NCBI GenBank assembly: GCA_947089095.1
Contig: CAMUJB010000007.1
Coordinates: 43,787-107,786 of the forward strand
Source of the DNA: an uncultured Clostridia bacterium
GTDB taxonomy: Bacteria; Bacillota; Clostridia; Lachnospirales; Lachnospiraceae
Length of the DNA: 64,000 nucleotides
Reading direction: 5' to 3'
Below the pieces are notes generated by a model. It searched no databases, was not told the origin of the DNA, and saw only the letters and a program-made list of their open reading frames with translations. A program made the translations under genes and the position numbers. Shown here one piece after another: positions 19,316-29,220 of this stretch; position 1 is the first letter of the stretch; each line of letters opens with the position of its first letter.

Positions 19316-20032
19316 TTATCCTTTCTTCTGCTGCTTTAACCTCTTAATTTCTTCCTCTGTCAAAGCCCGATACTCTCCCTTTTTCAACATCGGATCTAAC
19401 ACCAGATCCCCCATTGCCAAACGTTTCAAATACGTCACCCGCAGTCCGACTGCCTCAAACATCCGCTTTACCTGATGAAATTTCCCCTCATAAATCGTAA
19501 GTTCCACTTCCGACCTTCCCTCTCCCACACACAAAACCCGAAGAGAAGCCGGAAGAGTAACCACTCCCTCCTCCAATTCAATCCCTCTCTCAAACCATGC
19601 TGCCTGTTCTGCCCCAATCTCTCCGTCCAAAACAGCAAAATAAACCTTCCCCACATGTTTTTTAGGAGAAAGCAGCTGATGTGCCAGTTCTCCGTCATTT
19701 GTAATCAATAAAAGCCCTTCTGTATCTTTATCCAATCGTCCAACAGGAAATAAATCTTTCCTCCTTTTTTCACCAATATAATCCAATACCGTTTTCTCCC
19801 GCTTATCACAAGTTGCAGAAAGAACCCCTGCCGGCTTATACAGCATATAATACTCCTGCATCACATAAGCAACACCCTTTCCCTCTACCTCTACCCGATC
19901 CTCAGCCGTTACCTTCTCTTCTGCCTTTCTGCAGACACTGCCATTCACTGCAACAAGCCCTTTCCGTATAAAATCCTTTACCTCTTTGCGGGTTCCTACC
20001 CCCATATCCGCCAAATATTTATCCAACCGCAT
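19316..20032 (-). CDS. RsuA-family 16S rRNA pseudouridine synthase
   Basis: MRLDKYLADMGVGTRKE S4 domain. GRLDKDTEGLLLITNDG catalytic motif. Start taken at internal MRLDKYL. Confidence 0.75.
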   Translation of the reverse strand: MRLDKYLADMGVGTRKEVKDFIRKGLVAVNGSVCRKAEEKVTAEDRVEVEGKGVAYVMQEYYMLYKPAGVLSATCDKREKTVLDYIGEKRRKDLFPVGRLDKDTEGLLLITNDGELAHQLLSPKKHVGKVYFAVLDGEIGAEQAAWFERGIELEEGVVTLPASLRVLCVGEGRSEVELTIYEGKFHQVKRMFEAVGLRVTYLKRLAMGDLVLDPMLKKGEYRALTEEEIKRLKQQKKG

Positions 20033-20119
20033 CTGCCTGCCTTCTTTCTGCCCATAATCCCCCTCTTTCTTATCCGTTTGATTGTAACACAAAACCTAAA
20101 AACGAACAAGCCCCGGTTT

Positions 20120-20389
20120 CTATATCCATCTCAAAAGAAATCGAACCACACCACTGCACATGGCAACTTTAAAGCCAATTTCCATCAATCGCTCACCGAT
20201 CCCCGCATTAACTTGATATTGTATCCACAAATCCAAAGGCGGATCCTGATAAGGAATCCCCGCTTTTATCATAAAATAATACAAACCAATAAACAAAATA
20301 ATGATACCGGCTATGATACCAGCGTTTATAACTTGACAGAAATAACCCCTTCTTTTATCTTTCATAATAAATACCCTTTCCAAAACCAA
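20120..20389 (-). CDS. Hypothetical small membrane protein
   Basis: 89-aa ORF with one strong hydrophobic helix. No family recognised. Could be non-coding. Confidence 0.3.
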   Translation of the reverse strand: MVLERVFIMKDKRRGYFCQVINAGIIAGIIILFIGLYYFMIKAGIPYQDPPLDLWIQYQVNAGIGERLMEIGFKVAMCSGVVRFLLRWI

Positions 20390-20412
20390 ACCATTCTAAG
20401 TACACCATCACA

Positions 20413-21438
20413 TTATCTCATCTCTTGAAACGTCCCCGCCATTCCCCCTACAAAACTCCACTGCCGCTGCATATAAGATTTTAACTCTGCCGTACTCTGT
20501 CTATACTCCTCCAAAATTGCTTTCGGACGATCAAAATTTTTCGCTATTGCAGAAGCACCACAATATCCGCTTTCCATTCCCGCCGATATTCCTTCCCCCA
20601 TCGGATTCAAAAACCCTGCTGCCTCTCCTGCAAAAAGAACACGCCCTACCCCATAATCCACCTCACAGCCCGGTCGAATATGCGGCATCAGCCACTGTTC
20701 TTCCCTTATCTGCCTGCTGATTTGCAAACGATAGTTCTTCTTCATATAAGCAAGAAACCGTTCATCATAACAACGAATCAAATCTCTATTTTTAACCGCC
20801 ACTCCCAGCACCAGCAGATGATCTTTTACATTAAACCACGCATCATACTCCGAAAACTCCGGCTGCAGATAGGCATAAAAATAACACAGATCCAAATCGA
20901 TACTCCCCTCATAAAATGTCTGAAACGTAGTAATATATTCTGGAACTCTTCCTATAAGCTTTCGCTTTAATACCCCTACCACCCCTTCACAATCAAGAAC
21001 ATATCGAGCCTGTTCTCTATCATTCCCCTCACCATGCAGACAAACTTCTACCAATCCATCCTGTTCCCTACAAAAAAGAGCCGTCACACCGTCCCTAACC
21101 TCTGCCCCATATTCCTCTGCTTTCTTCGCCAACCATCCATCAAAATAGCTCCGCCACACATTTAACCCGTCCTGCTCAAAACAATACTCTCTTCCCCGGT
21201 CATCTGTCATAATCATTCCTCTATTTTCTACCGGAGTACACATAACAGACTCCGGCACATCTTCTCCAAAATAAGACTTTACAAGCCCTACTGCCTTCCT
21301 TATCAAAACACCCGAACAAGACTTATACCTAGGTATTTTAAACTTCTCCACCATAAGAACACGATATCCCTTTTCCGCTAAACACTTAGCAGCCGTACAC
21401 CCAGCAGGTCCTGCCCCAACCACTATCACATCATACAT
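20413..21438 (-). CDS. FAD-dependent oxidoreductase (geranylgeranyl-reductase-like)
   Basis: MYDVIVVGAGPAGCTAAKCLAEKG Rossmann GxGxxG. Start set at that Met, which has the RBS ggaaggg. Confidence 0.7.
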   Translation of the reverse strand: MYDVIVVGAGPAGCTAAKCLAEKGYRVLMVEKFKIPRYKSCSGVLIRKAVGLVKSYFGEDVPESVMCTPVENRGMIMTDDRGREYCFEQDGLNVWRSYFDGWLAKKAEEYGAEVRDGVTALFCREQDGLVEVCLHGEGNDREQARYVLDCEGVVGVLKRKLIGRVPEYITTFQTFYEGSIDLDLCYFYAYLQPEFSEYDAWFNVKDHLLVLGVAVKNRDLIRCYDERFLAYMKKNYRLQISRQIREEQWLMPHIRPGCEVDYGVGRVLFAGEAAGFLNPMGEGISAGMESGYCGASAIAKNFDRPKAILEEYRQSTAELKSYMQRQWSFVGGMAGTFQEMR

Positions 21439-21565
21439 CCATATCCCTTCCTTTCTTTTGTTCTTCACAACTCGACTACTCCCACTAAAACCAAACATAT
21501 CTCCTACCCAGTATACCATAAAAATCCTAATTTTAAATCCTCCAAAACATATCAAATTTTATCCC

Positions 21566-21805
21566 AAAGGGGACGCCAGAGAGTATTAAAAGCACGCTGT
21601 TCCGCTCTCCAGAAAACAGAAACTCTAAGACTTCTGAATTTCAATGCATCCAACCGGACGGACCGGCACGCAATTCGCCTCTGCAGGAGGCTAAACACGT
21701 GCCTTTTTCGGGCACAAGTGCCCGAAAATCCTACAGAATCGACAGAAGTCTAAGAGTTTCTAGTTTTCCTCCGAAGTCACAGCGTACTTTTAATACTCTC
21801 TGGCT
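21566..21805 (-). repeat. Fam-A palindromic structured element, copy 2 (core variant B, reverse orientation)
   Basis: rc of core ggattttcgggcacttgtgcccgaaaaaggcacgtgtttagcctcctgcagaggcgaattgcgtgccggtccgtccgg. Termini ggggacgccagag...ctctggcta. Confidence 0.85.
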
Positions 21806-22120
21806 ATATAATTCCACAATTTACGTTTCTTTTCTTTCGCGGTTGTATGGTTCTTCAATTTGTGTTTTTTCTCCTTGGTGGTTGTATGATTCTGCAATTT
21901 ACGTTTCTTCCCCTTTATGGTTATATGACTCTGCAATTTATGTTTCTCCTTAGCGGTTGTATGATTCTGCAATTTACATTTCTTCTCTTTCATGGTTGTA
22001 TAATTCTGCAATTTATGTTTCTTCCCCTTTGTGATTATATGACTCTGCAATTTATATTTCTTCTTGGCGGTTGTATGATTCCGCAATTTACGTTTCTTTT
22101 TCTTTGCAGATGTATAATTT
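21806..22120. repeat. Tandem-repeat array 1 (about 9 units of alternating 39 and 36 bp; unit ggttgtatgattctgcaatttacgtttcttc...)
   Basis: Direct repeats read from the sequence. Starts at the ctctggc terminus of Fam-A copy 2. No interspersed unique spacers. Confidence 0.85.
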
Positions 22121-22237
22121 TATTTTGATAAACTCTATTCCAATAAAAGTATCTATAATAAACTCTAATCAGCTAAATCCAAAAGAAAAATTATACTAAC
22201 AGCAAAGATAACCTCTGCTATTGGCAAAAAATAAAAA

Positions 22238-22510
22238 CATAAATTGCGGGAATACCAGCCAGAGGGAGAAAGTAAAATGGTATCGCAGTGACTTCGGAGG
22301 AAAGTTAGAAGGTCTTAGACTTCTGTCGATTTTGTAGGATTTTCGGGCACTTGTGCCCGAAAAAGGCACGTGTTTAGCCTCCTGCAGAGGCGAATTGCGT
22401 GCCGGTCCGTCCGGTTGGATACACCGAAATTCAGAAGTCTTAGACCTTCTTACTTTCCGTAGAGCGGAACTGCGATACCATTTTACTTTCTCCCTCTGGC
22501 GTCCTCCCCC
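22238..22510 (+). repeat. Fam-A palindromic structured element, copy 3 (core variant B, forward)
   Basis: cataaattgcgggaataccagccagag...core B...ctctggcgtcctccccc. Confidence 0.85.
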
Positions 22511-22532
22511 ACCATCCTCCCCCACCATCTGC

Positions 22533-23507
22533 TCAATACTCCCACTCCAACCTCTTATCCTCAAAATACCGCAAAATCCAATAAGGATTCACACTCTGCT
22601 CCACATAATGCTCCGTCCGAATATAAATCCCAAGGTGCAGATGCACCGCAAAATTCCCCACTGTCCCTTCCACCTTACTATATCCGCTGTCCCCCATAAA
22701 TCCAATTAATTCTCCTGCACAAACCCTATCCCCTTCCTTCCATTCTTTTGCATAACGATAGAGATGTGCATAATAAAAATATCCCCCATTCGGGCTGCGA
22801 ATCCCAATCCGATATCCGCCCTTTTCTAACCATCCAATCCGTTCCACCACTCCATCTGTCATACTGACAATCGGAAAATACCCCCGCTCATTATTCCCTG
22901 CCATAATATCACACCCCTCATGCACATGAGAAGCATCCCGATAAATCCGCTCACTTCCCCACCCATCGCTATAGTAAACTTCCGCTGCCCGCAGATTCCT
23001 GCTCTTAGGCACTGGAAAATAAACAATATCCGAAATCACCGCCCGATAAGCCGCCAGCAGCTTTTCATACTCCTCCTGCTGCCGTTCCTCATACCACGCT
23101 TTACAATCCTGAAAATAGGTAACCTCTCGCATCGAATCCGGCATAGCAGCAAATCGATCCAACTGAAACTCACTAATCCCCATCCACACCGCCAAAACCT
23201 CTTCAATAGGAATCTGATGCACCCTTTGAAATTCCTTTAAATCCGTAATTGCTTCTTCGCTCATCTGCATTTCCCGAAAATTCTCCGTCTCATAAGCACA
23301 GGCAGGAAGCCGGCATACTCCTCCACGAACCAGCAAATGATCCAATAAAATCACATTAAAAACAGCAAAAAAAATCAATACTCCAAAGAACCAATATAAA
23401 CCCGTCCGATTTTTCTGCCCTTTATACCTTCTTACCGAATAAGCCTGCACCCCTATTCCTCCCCATCTATCAAAAGCTCTGTCTAAAGCATTGTATTCTG
23501 CCCCCAA
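22533..23507 (-). CDS. M23-family peptidoglycan metalloendopeptidase
   Basis: HEGCDIMA...YAHL...GDSGYS..VHLHLGIYI (HxxxD / HxH LytM motifs). N-terminal TM anchor. Confidence 0.8.
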   Translation of the reverse strand: MGAEYNALDRAFDRWGGIGVQAYSVRRYKGQKNRTGLYWFFGVLIFFAVFNVILLDHLLVRGGVCRLPACAYETENFREMQMSEEAITDLKEFQRVHQIPIEEVLAVWMGISEFQLDRFAAMPDSMREVTYFQDCKAWYEERQQEEYEKLLAAYRAVISDIVYFPVPKSRNLRAAEVYYSDGWGSERIYRDASHVHEGCDIMAGNNERGYFPIVSMTDGVVERIGWLEKGGYRIGIRSPNGGYFYYAHLYRYAKEWKEGDRVCAGELIGFMGDSGYSKVEGTVGNFAVHLHLGIYIRTEHYVEQSVNPYWILRYFEDKRLEWEY

Positions 23508-23648
23508 AAAGAATATAACAGAAAAAACAACGGTAAAAAATAGAAAAAGCCGCCGATATCAGCAGAAATTTTATCTGCCGATATCAGCTGCTTTTATTTT
23601 TTTATATCCTTTATCTCTTAATCTTTCTTCTAGTTCTTTCTTCTAGTT

Positions 23649-24734
23649 TTAATCCTGATTCTCTTTTTCTTTTCCTTCGTCTTCTCCGAAAATAAATCGA
23701 TGCAGTTCTTCAATATTTTTTTCAAAATCTACATCTAATACCAACATGGCATTATACCAGCTATTGGTATATCCTCCGTCTACAGGAATTCGAAACTGTT
23801 CGATTTCACTAGAAAGCAGTCCCGATTCAAATGCTTTTGTTGCAATCGCCGTCATCTCTACCATATCTAAATCTGTCGTTACATAAGGCAGTACCGTCTC
23901 CATTAAAGAAAGTAATTCCGGCAGGCTTTGATCTTTAAACTTTTCATAAATTGCATTTAATACGATTCGCTGTTTCTGCGTCCGTCCAAAATCACTGGTT
24001 GCCAAACTTACCCGATTTCTGCAGTATCCCACTACCTGGCATCCGTTTAGTGTCTGTGTAGCACCCGGAATCAGATTTCGATAAGCCGGATTTGAGATAA
24101 AATTCGAGGTATTTTGAAAATTTGCTTCATCTGCATCAATATAGAGTGAAATTCCTCCCAGCTTATCAATTACTTTTTCCAGCATATTGTAGTTAATCGC
24201 TACATAACCATCCAGTTCCAAATCAAAATTGTGAGAAAATACATCATAGACCAATTGAATTCCGCCCTTTTGATAAGGAGTATTTAACTTATTATTGGAA
24301 TACCCCGGAATCTGTACCAGCATATCCCGCATAAAAGAAGTCAGTTTGATCTCTTTATGATTGGTATCCAATGTCACTACAATTAAAGTATCCGAAAGAT
24401 TTCCTGATTCCTGATCCAACCCTAACAACAGGATATTGGTTATTCCTTCTTTCGAACGCCCATCGGTCTCTTTATCAACAATCGTTTCCAATGTAGCCTC
24501 CGGTAAATGTGTATACTCTTCTACCGGTACAGTTTCAAAATAATCTTCTTGTACCACATGATCCGATCCGTCATCATAATTTGCCAGCGACATCAGATAA
24601 TAAACATAAAAAATAACCCCCATCAGGCATAAAATAATGATTAATGCCGCAATCATAAAGACTTTATACCATAACGGTTTTCTTGCAAAAGCCCCCTTTG
24701 ATCTTCCCATCGTTCTTTCGTTCGTTCTAGCCAT
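23649..24734 (-). CDS. LytR-CpsA-Psr (LCP) family cell-wall polymer transferase
   Basis: N-terminal TM, NILLLGLDQESGNLSDTLIVVTLD LCP core. Confidence 0.8.
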   Translation of the reverse strand: MARTNERTMGRSKGAFARKPLWYKVFMIAALIIILCLMGVIFYVYYLMSLANYDDGSDHVVQEDYFETVPVEEYTHLPEATLETIVDKETDGRSKEGITNILLLGLDQESGNLSDTLIVVTLDTNHKEIKLTSFMRDMLVQIPGYSNNKLNTPYQKGGIQLVYDVFSHNFDLELDGYVAINYNMLEKVIDKLGGISLYIDADEANFQNTSNFISNPAYRNLIPGATQTLNGCQVVGYCRNRVSLATSDFGRTQKQRIVLNAIYEKFKDQSLPELLSLMETVLPYVTTDLDMVEMTAIATKAFESGLLSSEIEQFRIPVDGGYTNSWYNAMLVLDVDFEKNIEELHRFIFGEDEGKEKENQD

Positions 24735-24796
24735 ACTGTCTCCTTTTTTCCGCCATAATTATAGCATCGTTTTTTATTCTATTCTATCACAATGTT

Positions 24797-26299
24797 CTAT
24801 GATAATTTTGCAATCACTTCTATCAGATACTCCCAAACCCGTGCCGTAGAGGAAATACTTAATCGTTCCCGTGTGGTATGAATCTCTTTCATATCTGGTC
24901 CTAAAGAAATCGCATCCAGCCTTGGACATTTTTCTAAAAGAATTCCACACTCCAATCCGGCATGAATTGCCTGAACAAGCGGCTCTTTTCCATACTTTTC
25001 TCTATAAATTTCTATCATTACATTCCGCAGCTTTGAATCGGTTCGATATTCCCAAGCAGGATAATCGCCCCTTGTACGATATTCTCCGCCTAAAAATTCT
25101 GTTATATAGCATAATTGACTGCTCAGTGCTTCCTTTCTGCTCCGCACACTGCTTCGAACGGAAGCGGTAACGGTTAAGTTCTCTTCATCTAGGGTTACGA
25201 TTCCAAGATTTAAAGAGGTTTCTACTAACCCCGGAATATTCAAGCTTCGGTTCTGTACCCCGTTTGGCAGATTTGCCAATAAATAAATTCCTTTCATTCG
25301 GGATGTTGGCTGCAGCTGTCTCTGTACAGAAGCCCCTTTTTTTATCAATTCTATCCGAAGATTTGGATCGGAACGTATATATTCCGCCTGATAAACCGCA
25401 GTACAGGTTTGAACTAAGTTTTCAAACTGTTCCGTCTCTTTTTCTTCTATTAATAAATGCAGCATACACTCTGCCGCAATTGCATTGTCCTTTTCTCCTC
25501 CCTGTATGCCGCAGATCCCATAAGAAATCTCCTGATCCAGTTCATAGAGCAGACGCCCTGCTAATTTAATGGCATTGGCACGTTCTTTATCAATCTCTGC
25601 ACCGGAGTGTCCGCCGGTCAGTCCGGTTATCTTTATCTGATAAGCGATTCCCTCTCCGTCCATATAATCAACAGGCAGGATGCAGTCTCCTCTTACTCCT
25701 CCGGCACAGCTAGTTAAAAAGATTCCCTCTTCTTCTGAATCTAAATTGATTAAATAGTCTCCCTTTAATCTGGATAGATCAATAGCGGAAGCCCCCAATA
25801 GTCCTATCTCTTCATCTACCGTCAGAACCGCTTCCAAATGCGGATGCGAAATAGAAGAATCCTCTAAAACAGCGAGAATATAAGCAACGGCAATTCCGTC
25901 ATCTCCTCCTAAACTGGTGCCTTCTGCATAGATCGCGTCTCCCTCTATTCCAAGACGAAGGGCATCTTTTGTAAAATCAATGGTACAGTCTTCCTCTTTT
26001 ACTGTTACCATATCCAGATGCCCCTGAAGTACAATTCCGGCATCCTGTTCCCTTCCTTTCGAAGCCTCTTTTATTATAATCACATTATTCCAATCATCCT
26101 GAATATAGGATAATCCATGTTCTTTTGCAAATGTTACACAGTAATCACTGATTGCTTTTGTATTTCCCGAACCATGCGGGATTTTCGAAATTTCTTCAAA
26201 ATAATAAAACACTCGTTCTGGTTTTAACGATTCCAGCAAAATAATACCTCCTTTCAAACACGCTATAGTAATATTGACACAAAATTCAAAAAAAATCAA
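24797..26299 (-). CDS. pepD: Aminoacyl-histidine (Xaa-His) dipeptidase, M20 family
   Basis: LKPERVFYYFEEISKIPHGSGN...GHLDMV; ~500 aa, PepD architecture. Confidence 0.8.
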   Translation of the reverse strand: MIFFEFCVNITIACLKGGIILLESLKPERVFYYFEEISKIPHGSGNTKAISDYCVTFAKEHGLSYIQDDWNNVIIIKEASKGREQDAGIVLQGHLDMVTVKEEDCTIDFTKDALRLGIEGDAIYAEGTSLGGDDGIAVAYILAVLEDSSISHPHLEAVLTVDEEIGLLGASAIDLSRLKGDYLINLDSEEEGIFLTSCAGGVRGDCILPVDYMDGEGIAYQIKITGLTGGHSGAEIDKERANAIKLAGRLLYELDQEISYGICGIQGGEKDNAIAAECMLHLLIEEKETEQFENLVQTCTAVYQAEYIRSDPNLRIELIKKGASVQRQLQPTSRMKGIYLLANLPNGVQNRSLNIPGLVETSLNLGIVTLDEENLTVTASVRSSVRSRKEALSSQLCYITEFLGGEYRTRGDYPAWEYRTDSKLRNVMIEIYREKYGKEPLVQAIHAGLECGILLEKCPRLDAISLGPDMKEIHTTRERLSISSTARVWEYLIEVIAKLS

Positions 26300-26372
26300 C
26301 CTATTTTACGAATAGCCCGTTCTGTTTTTGAATACATTAACAATAAAGAATTGAAAAAAGGCAGATCGATCT

Positions 26373-27293
26373 ATGGCTGTTTTCCTGATTCTCCTGTTCC
26401 TTATGCTGCTTTCTAATCCAGAAATTACGGTACTTGGGGCAAAGACCGGTTTAAATTTATGGTTAAATTCAGTCGTTCCCTCTCTGCTCCCCTTTCTGAT
26501 CTTCTCTAACCTTCTCTTTGAAGCAGATGCTGTCTCTTATTTGACTGCCCTGCTTTCTCCTCTATGCCGTCTTTTATTCGGCACCTCAAAAGATGGCAGC
26601 TTTGCTGTTATCTCCGGTTTTTTATGCGGATTCCCAATGGGAAGTAAAAGCTGCTTAGAATTGGTAAAACGTCAAAAAATAAAAAAAGAGGAAGCCGCTT
26701 ATCTAGTCAGCTTCTGTAATAATGCAAGTCCTGCTTTTGTGGTAAGTTTTATCTGTCAGGGTATTTTTTATGGTGAAAAAGAAATTTTGCTTCCGGTTCT
26801 ATTCTCCTTTTACGCTGCACCACTGATCACAGGTATCCTATTCGGCTTCTTTTTTAGAAAACGGCAGAATTTTTATCTTACCGTTCCTTCCGATCCCGCT
26901 TTACATAAAAAATCTTCTGTATTTCAATTTCAATATCTCGATCATGCAATTATGAATTCGTTTCAGACCATCGTAAGACTTGGCGGCTATATCACTTTCT
27001 TTGCTGTACTTTCTACTTTCCTTCAGTCAGCACAATGGCTTCCGATTCCACTCCGCATCTTTCTTACTGCTGTCATTGAACTGACAACAGGAGCAAGTCT
27101 ATTAGGAAAACTAAATCTCTCTTTAAAATTACGGGTTATCGCCGTTTGTGCCTGCGTCTCTTTCGGCAGCCTTTCTGGTTTCGCCCAATCCTATACTCTA
27201 TTAAAAGAAGGAGAAATTTCTGCAGTATACTATCTGATTGGAAAACTTATGGCATGTATCTTATGTACTATTTTTTTAAATATTTTACTATGA
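26373..27293 (+). CDS. YlbJ-like integral membrane protein (nucleoside-recognition/Gate domain)
   Basis: Polytopic membrane protein. Lies next to coaD-rsmD, as ylbJ does beside ylbI/ylbH in Bacillus. Confidence 0.5.
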   Translation: MAVFLILLFLMLLSNPEITVLGAKTGLNLWLNSVVPSLLPFLIFSNLLFEADAVSYLTALLSPLCRLLFGTSKDGSFAVISGFLCGFPMGSKSCLELVKRQKIKKEEAAYLVSFCNNASPAFVVSFICQGIFYGEKEILLPVLFSFYAAPLITGILFGFFFRKRQNFYLTVPSDPALHKKSSVFQFQYLDHAIMNSFQTIVRLGGYITFFAVLSTFLQSAQWLPIPLRIFLTAVIELTTGASLLGKLNLSLKLRVIAVCACVSFGSLSGFAQSYTLLKEGEISAVYYLIGKLMACILCTIFLNILL

Positions 27294-27295
27294 TT

Positions 27296-27925
27296 TTACT
27301 CATAATCTTCTGTTCTTCTTTCATAATTCTCTGCACCAGGCTCTGAAGAATTCTGTGCAGTCGGCACGGATTCTTCCTGCGGCAGCAGCTCAGAACGATT
27401 TTCTCGAATCCGCTCATATGTGGCTACCATTAATTTCTGAAAACTGTCATACTTCATCGCCGCACTTTCCAGAGTATCTGCTATAATATTCTGTGTATCC
27501 GCAAGCATATCATCTGTATACTGAATCGCTCCCATACGGATATTGTTGGCATCCATAGTTGCCGCATCCACAATTTCCTGTGCCTGCTGTGTCGCCATCT
27601 GCAGAATTTCATTTGCCCTTAGATAAGCCTGCTGCACCACTTCACTTTCATTGACCAGTTCATTGGTATGTGTCTTTGCATCCTGCAGAATTTTTGCTGC
27701 ATCCGACTGTGCTTTTGCCAGAATCTCATCCCGATTTCGTATAATACTCTGATACTTTTTTATCTCATCTGGTGTACGCAGCTTTAACTCTGTAATTAAT
27801 TCCAGAAATTGATCTTTATTTACAATAATCTTCGTATTAGATAACGGCTGCGGTTTACAGCCGTCAATAAAATCTTCAATTTCTTCGATTAGCTGCTCGA
27901 TTTTACTGGTATTATTTGTACTCAT
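27296..27925 (-). CDS. Hypothetical coiled-coil protein
   Basis: 209 aa, Gln/Ala-rich heptad-like region, no catalytic motifs. Confidence 0.4.
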   Translation of the reverse strand: MSTNNTSKIEQLIEEIEDFIDGCKPQPLSNTKIIVNKDQFLELITELKLRTPDEIKKYQSIIRNRDEILAKAQSDAAKILQDAKTHTNELVNESEVVQQAYLRANEILQMATQQAQEIVDAATMDANNIRMGAIQYTDDMLADTQNIIADTLESAAMKYDSFQKLMVATYERIRENRSELLPQEESVPTAQNSSEPGAENYERRTEDYE

Positions 27926-27940
27926 AAATAATATCTCCTT

Positions 27941-28432
27941 CTATCGAATCACTCCATATTTCTGATAGAGCCTTTCTACCACCAGTTCCGGCACAAATTT
28001 ACAGATCTCCCCGCCCATTCCGGCAACCTCTTTTACTGTACTTGAACTTAAATAGGCAAATTCTAAACGAGTTGTAAGAAAAACAGTCTCTATCTTTGAA
28101 TTCAATGCATGATTAATCTGTGACATCTGAAGCTCATACTCAAAATCGGTAATTGCACGAAGACCTCTTACAATCATATTTGCCTGCGATTGTGCAGCAA
28201 AATCTACTAACAGACCATCAAAAGACTGAATTGTTACATGCTTCAAGTGCTTTGTCACTTCTTTTAACATATTAACACGTTCTTCTACGGAAAACAATGG
28301 ACTTTTTGCCTTATTATTCAATACCCCCACAATTAACTCATCCGTAATGGCAAGAGAACGCTCAATAATATCGAGATGCCCAAATGTCACCGGATCAAAA
28401 CTACCCGGATAAACTGCACGATTCATACTCAT
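27941..28432 (-). CDS. coaD: Phosphopantetheine adenylyltransferase
   Basis: [18 protein letters not shown] nucleotidyltransferase HxGH motif. 163 aa. Confidence 0.9.
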   Translation of the reverse strand: MSMNRAVYPGSFDPVTFGHLDIIERSLAITDELIVGVLNNKAKSPLFSVEERVNMLKEVTKHLKHVTIQSFDGLLVDFAAQSQANMIVRGLRAITDFEYELQMSQINHALNSKIETVFLTTRLEFAYLSSSTVKEVAGMGGEICKFVPELVVERLYQKYGVIR

Positions 28433-28442
28433 TTCCTTTCTT

Positions 28443-29027
28443 TTATTCCTTATTTTTATTCTTTTCTTCTTCCGGTTCTTTTCTTAAAAAAATATGTTTG
28501 TTCGTTTTATAGAGTTTTTCTTTTTCTACAAAAAATCCCCATTCTTCCACTCCTTTTAACTGAGTAGTAAGAGCTGCCTCTATGATCAATAACGTATCTT
28601 CTTTTATCAGCTTTGAACTGTTCAGATACTGCAGTACCTGTTCTTCATATCCTTTTCGATAAGGCGGATCCATAAAGATCAGATCAAATTGGATTCCTCT
28701 TCCCTCTAAACGCCGAAGTGCCGTTAAAAAGTCACATTCCATCACCACTGCATCCTCTTTTAATTTTGTAAATTCCAAATTCTCTCGAATACATGCCGCT
28801 GCCCTTTTATTATTTTCTACAAAATATGCCTCTTTTGCCCCACGGCTTAATGCCTCAATCCCGATACTGCCGCTTCCGGCAAAGAGATCCAGTACCCTGC
28901 TGCCCGCAATTTCACTCTGCAGAATATTAAATAATGTTTCTTTTATCCGATCCGTTGTCGGTCTGGTATCGGTACCATCTATTGTCTTAAGTGGAAGTCT
29001 CCTCGCTCTCCCCGCTATTACTCTCAT
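28443..29027 (-). CDS. rsmD: 16S rRNA (guanine966-N2)-methyltransferase RsmD
   Basis: [13 protein letters not shown]..., [23 protein letters not shown] motif, DPPY motif. Confidence 0.85.
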   Translation of the reverse strand: MRVIAGRARRLPLKTIDGTDTRPTTDRIKETLFNILQSEIAGSRVLDLFAGSGSIGIEALSRGAKEAYFVENNKRAAACIRENLEFTKLKEDAVVMECDFLTALRRLEGRGIQFDLIFMDPPYRKGYEEQVLQYLNSSKLIKEDTLLIIEAALTTQLKGVEEWGFFVEKEKLYKTNKHIFLRKEPEEEKNKNKE

Positions 29028-29220
29028 TCCCTTCTCCTATCTTTCCCAAAAATAAACCGATATGATGATTAAGTATCCGATAATGATTATAACAGAAAAA
29101 TAGTTCCTTACAAGTATTTTTTTTGCAAGATCTCACTTTTATTTTTTTTTAATATGATTTATACTAGAATTAATCAAAAAAATCCCCCTATTCGAGATAG
29201 AAAGGCAGGTCATAACCATT

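Noticed and set aside
21806-22120. Possible CRISPR array (regular ~36-39-bp repeats); similarly 33429..33545 and 38020..38347
   Set aside because: Units are directly tandem with no unique spacers, and no cas genes are nearby. These are minisatellite-type tandem repeats, not CRISPR.
23540-23605. Possible intrinsic terminator between LCP and M23 genes (gctgatatcggc near-palindromes)
   Set aside because: The two copies are direct, not inverted, so a stable stem could not be drawn confidently.
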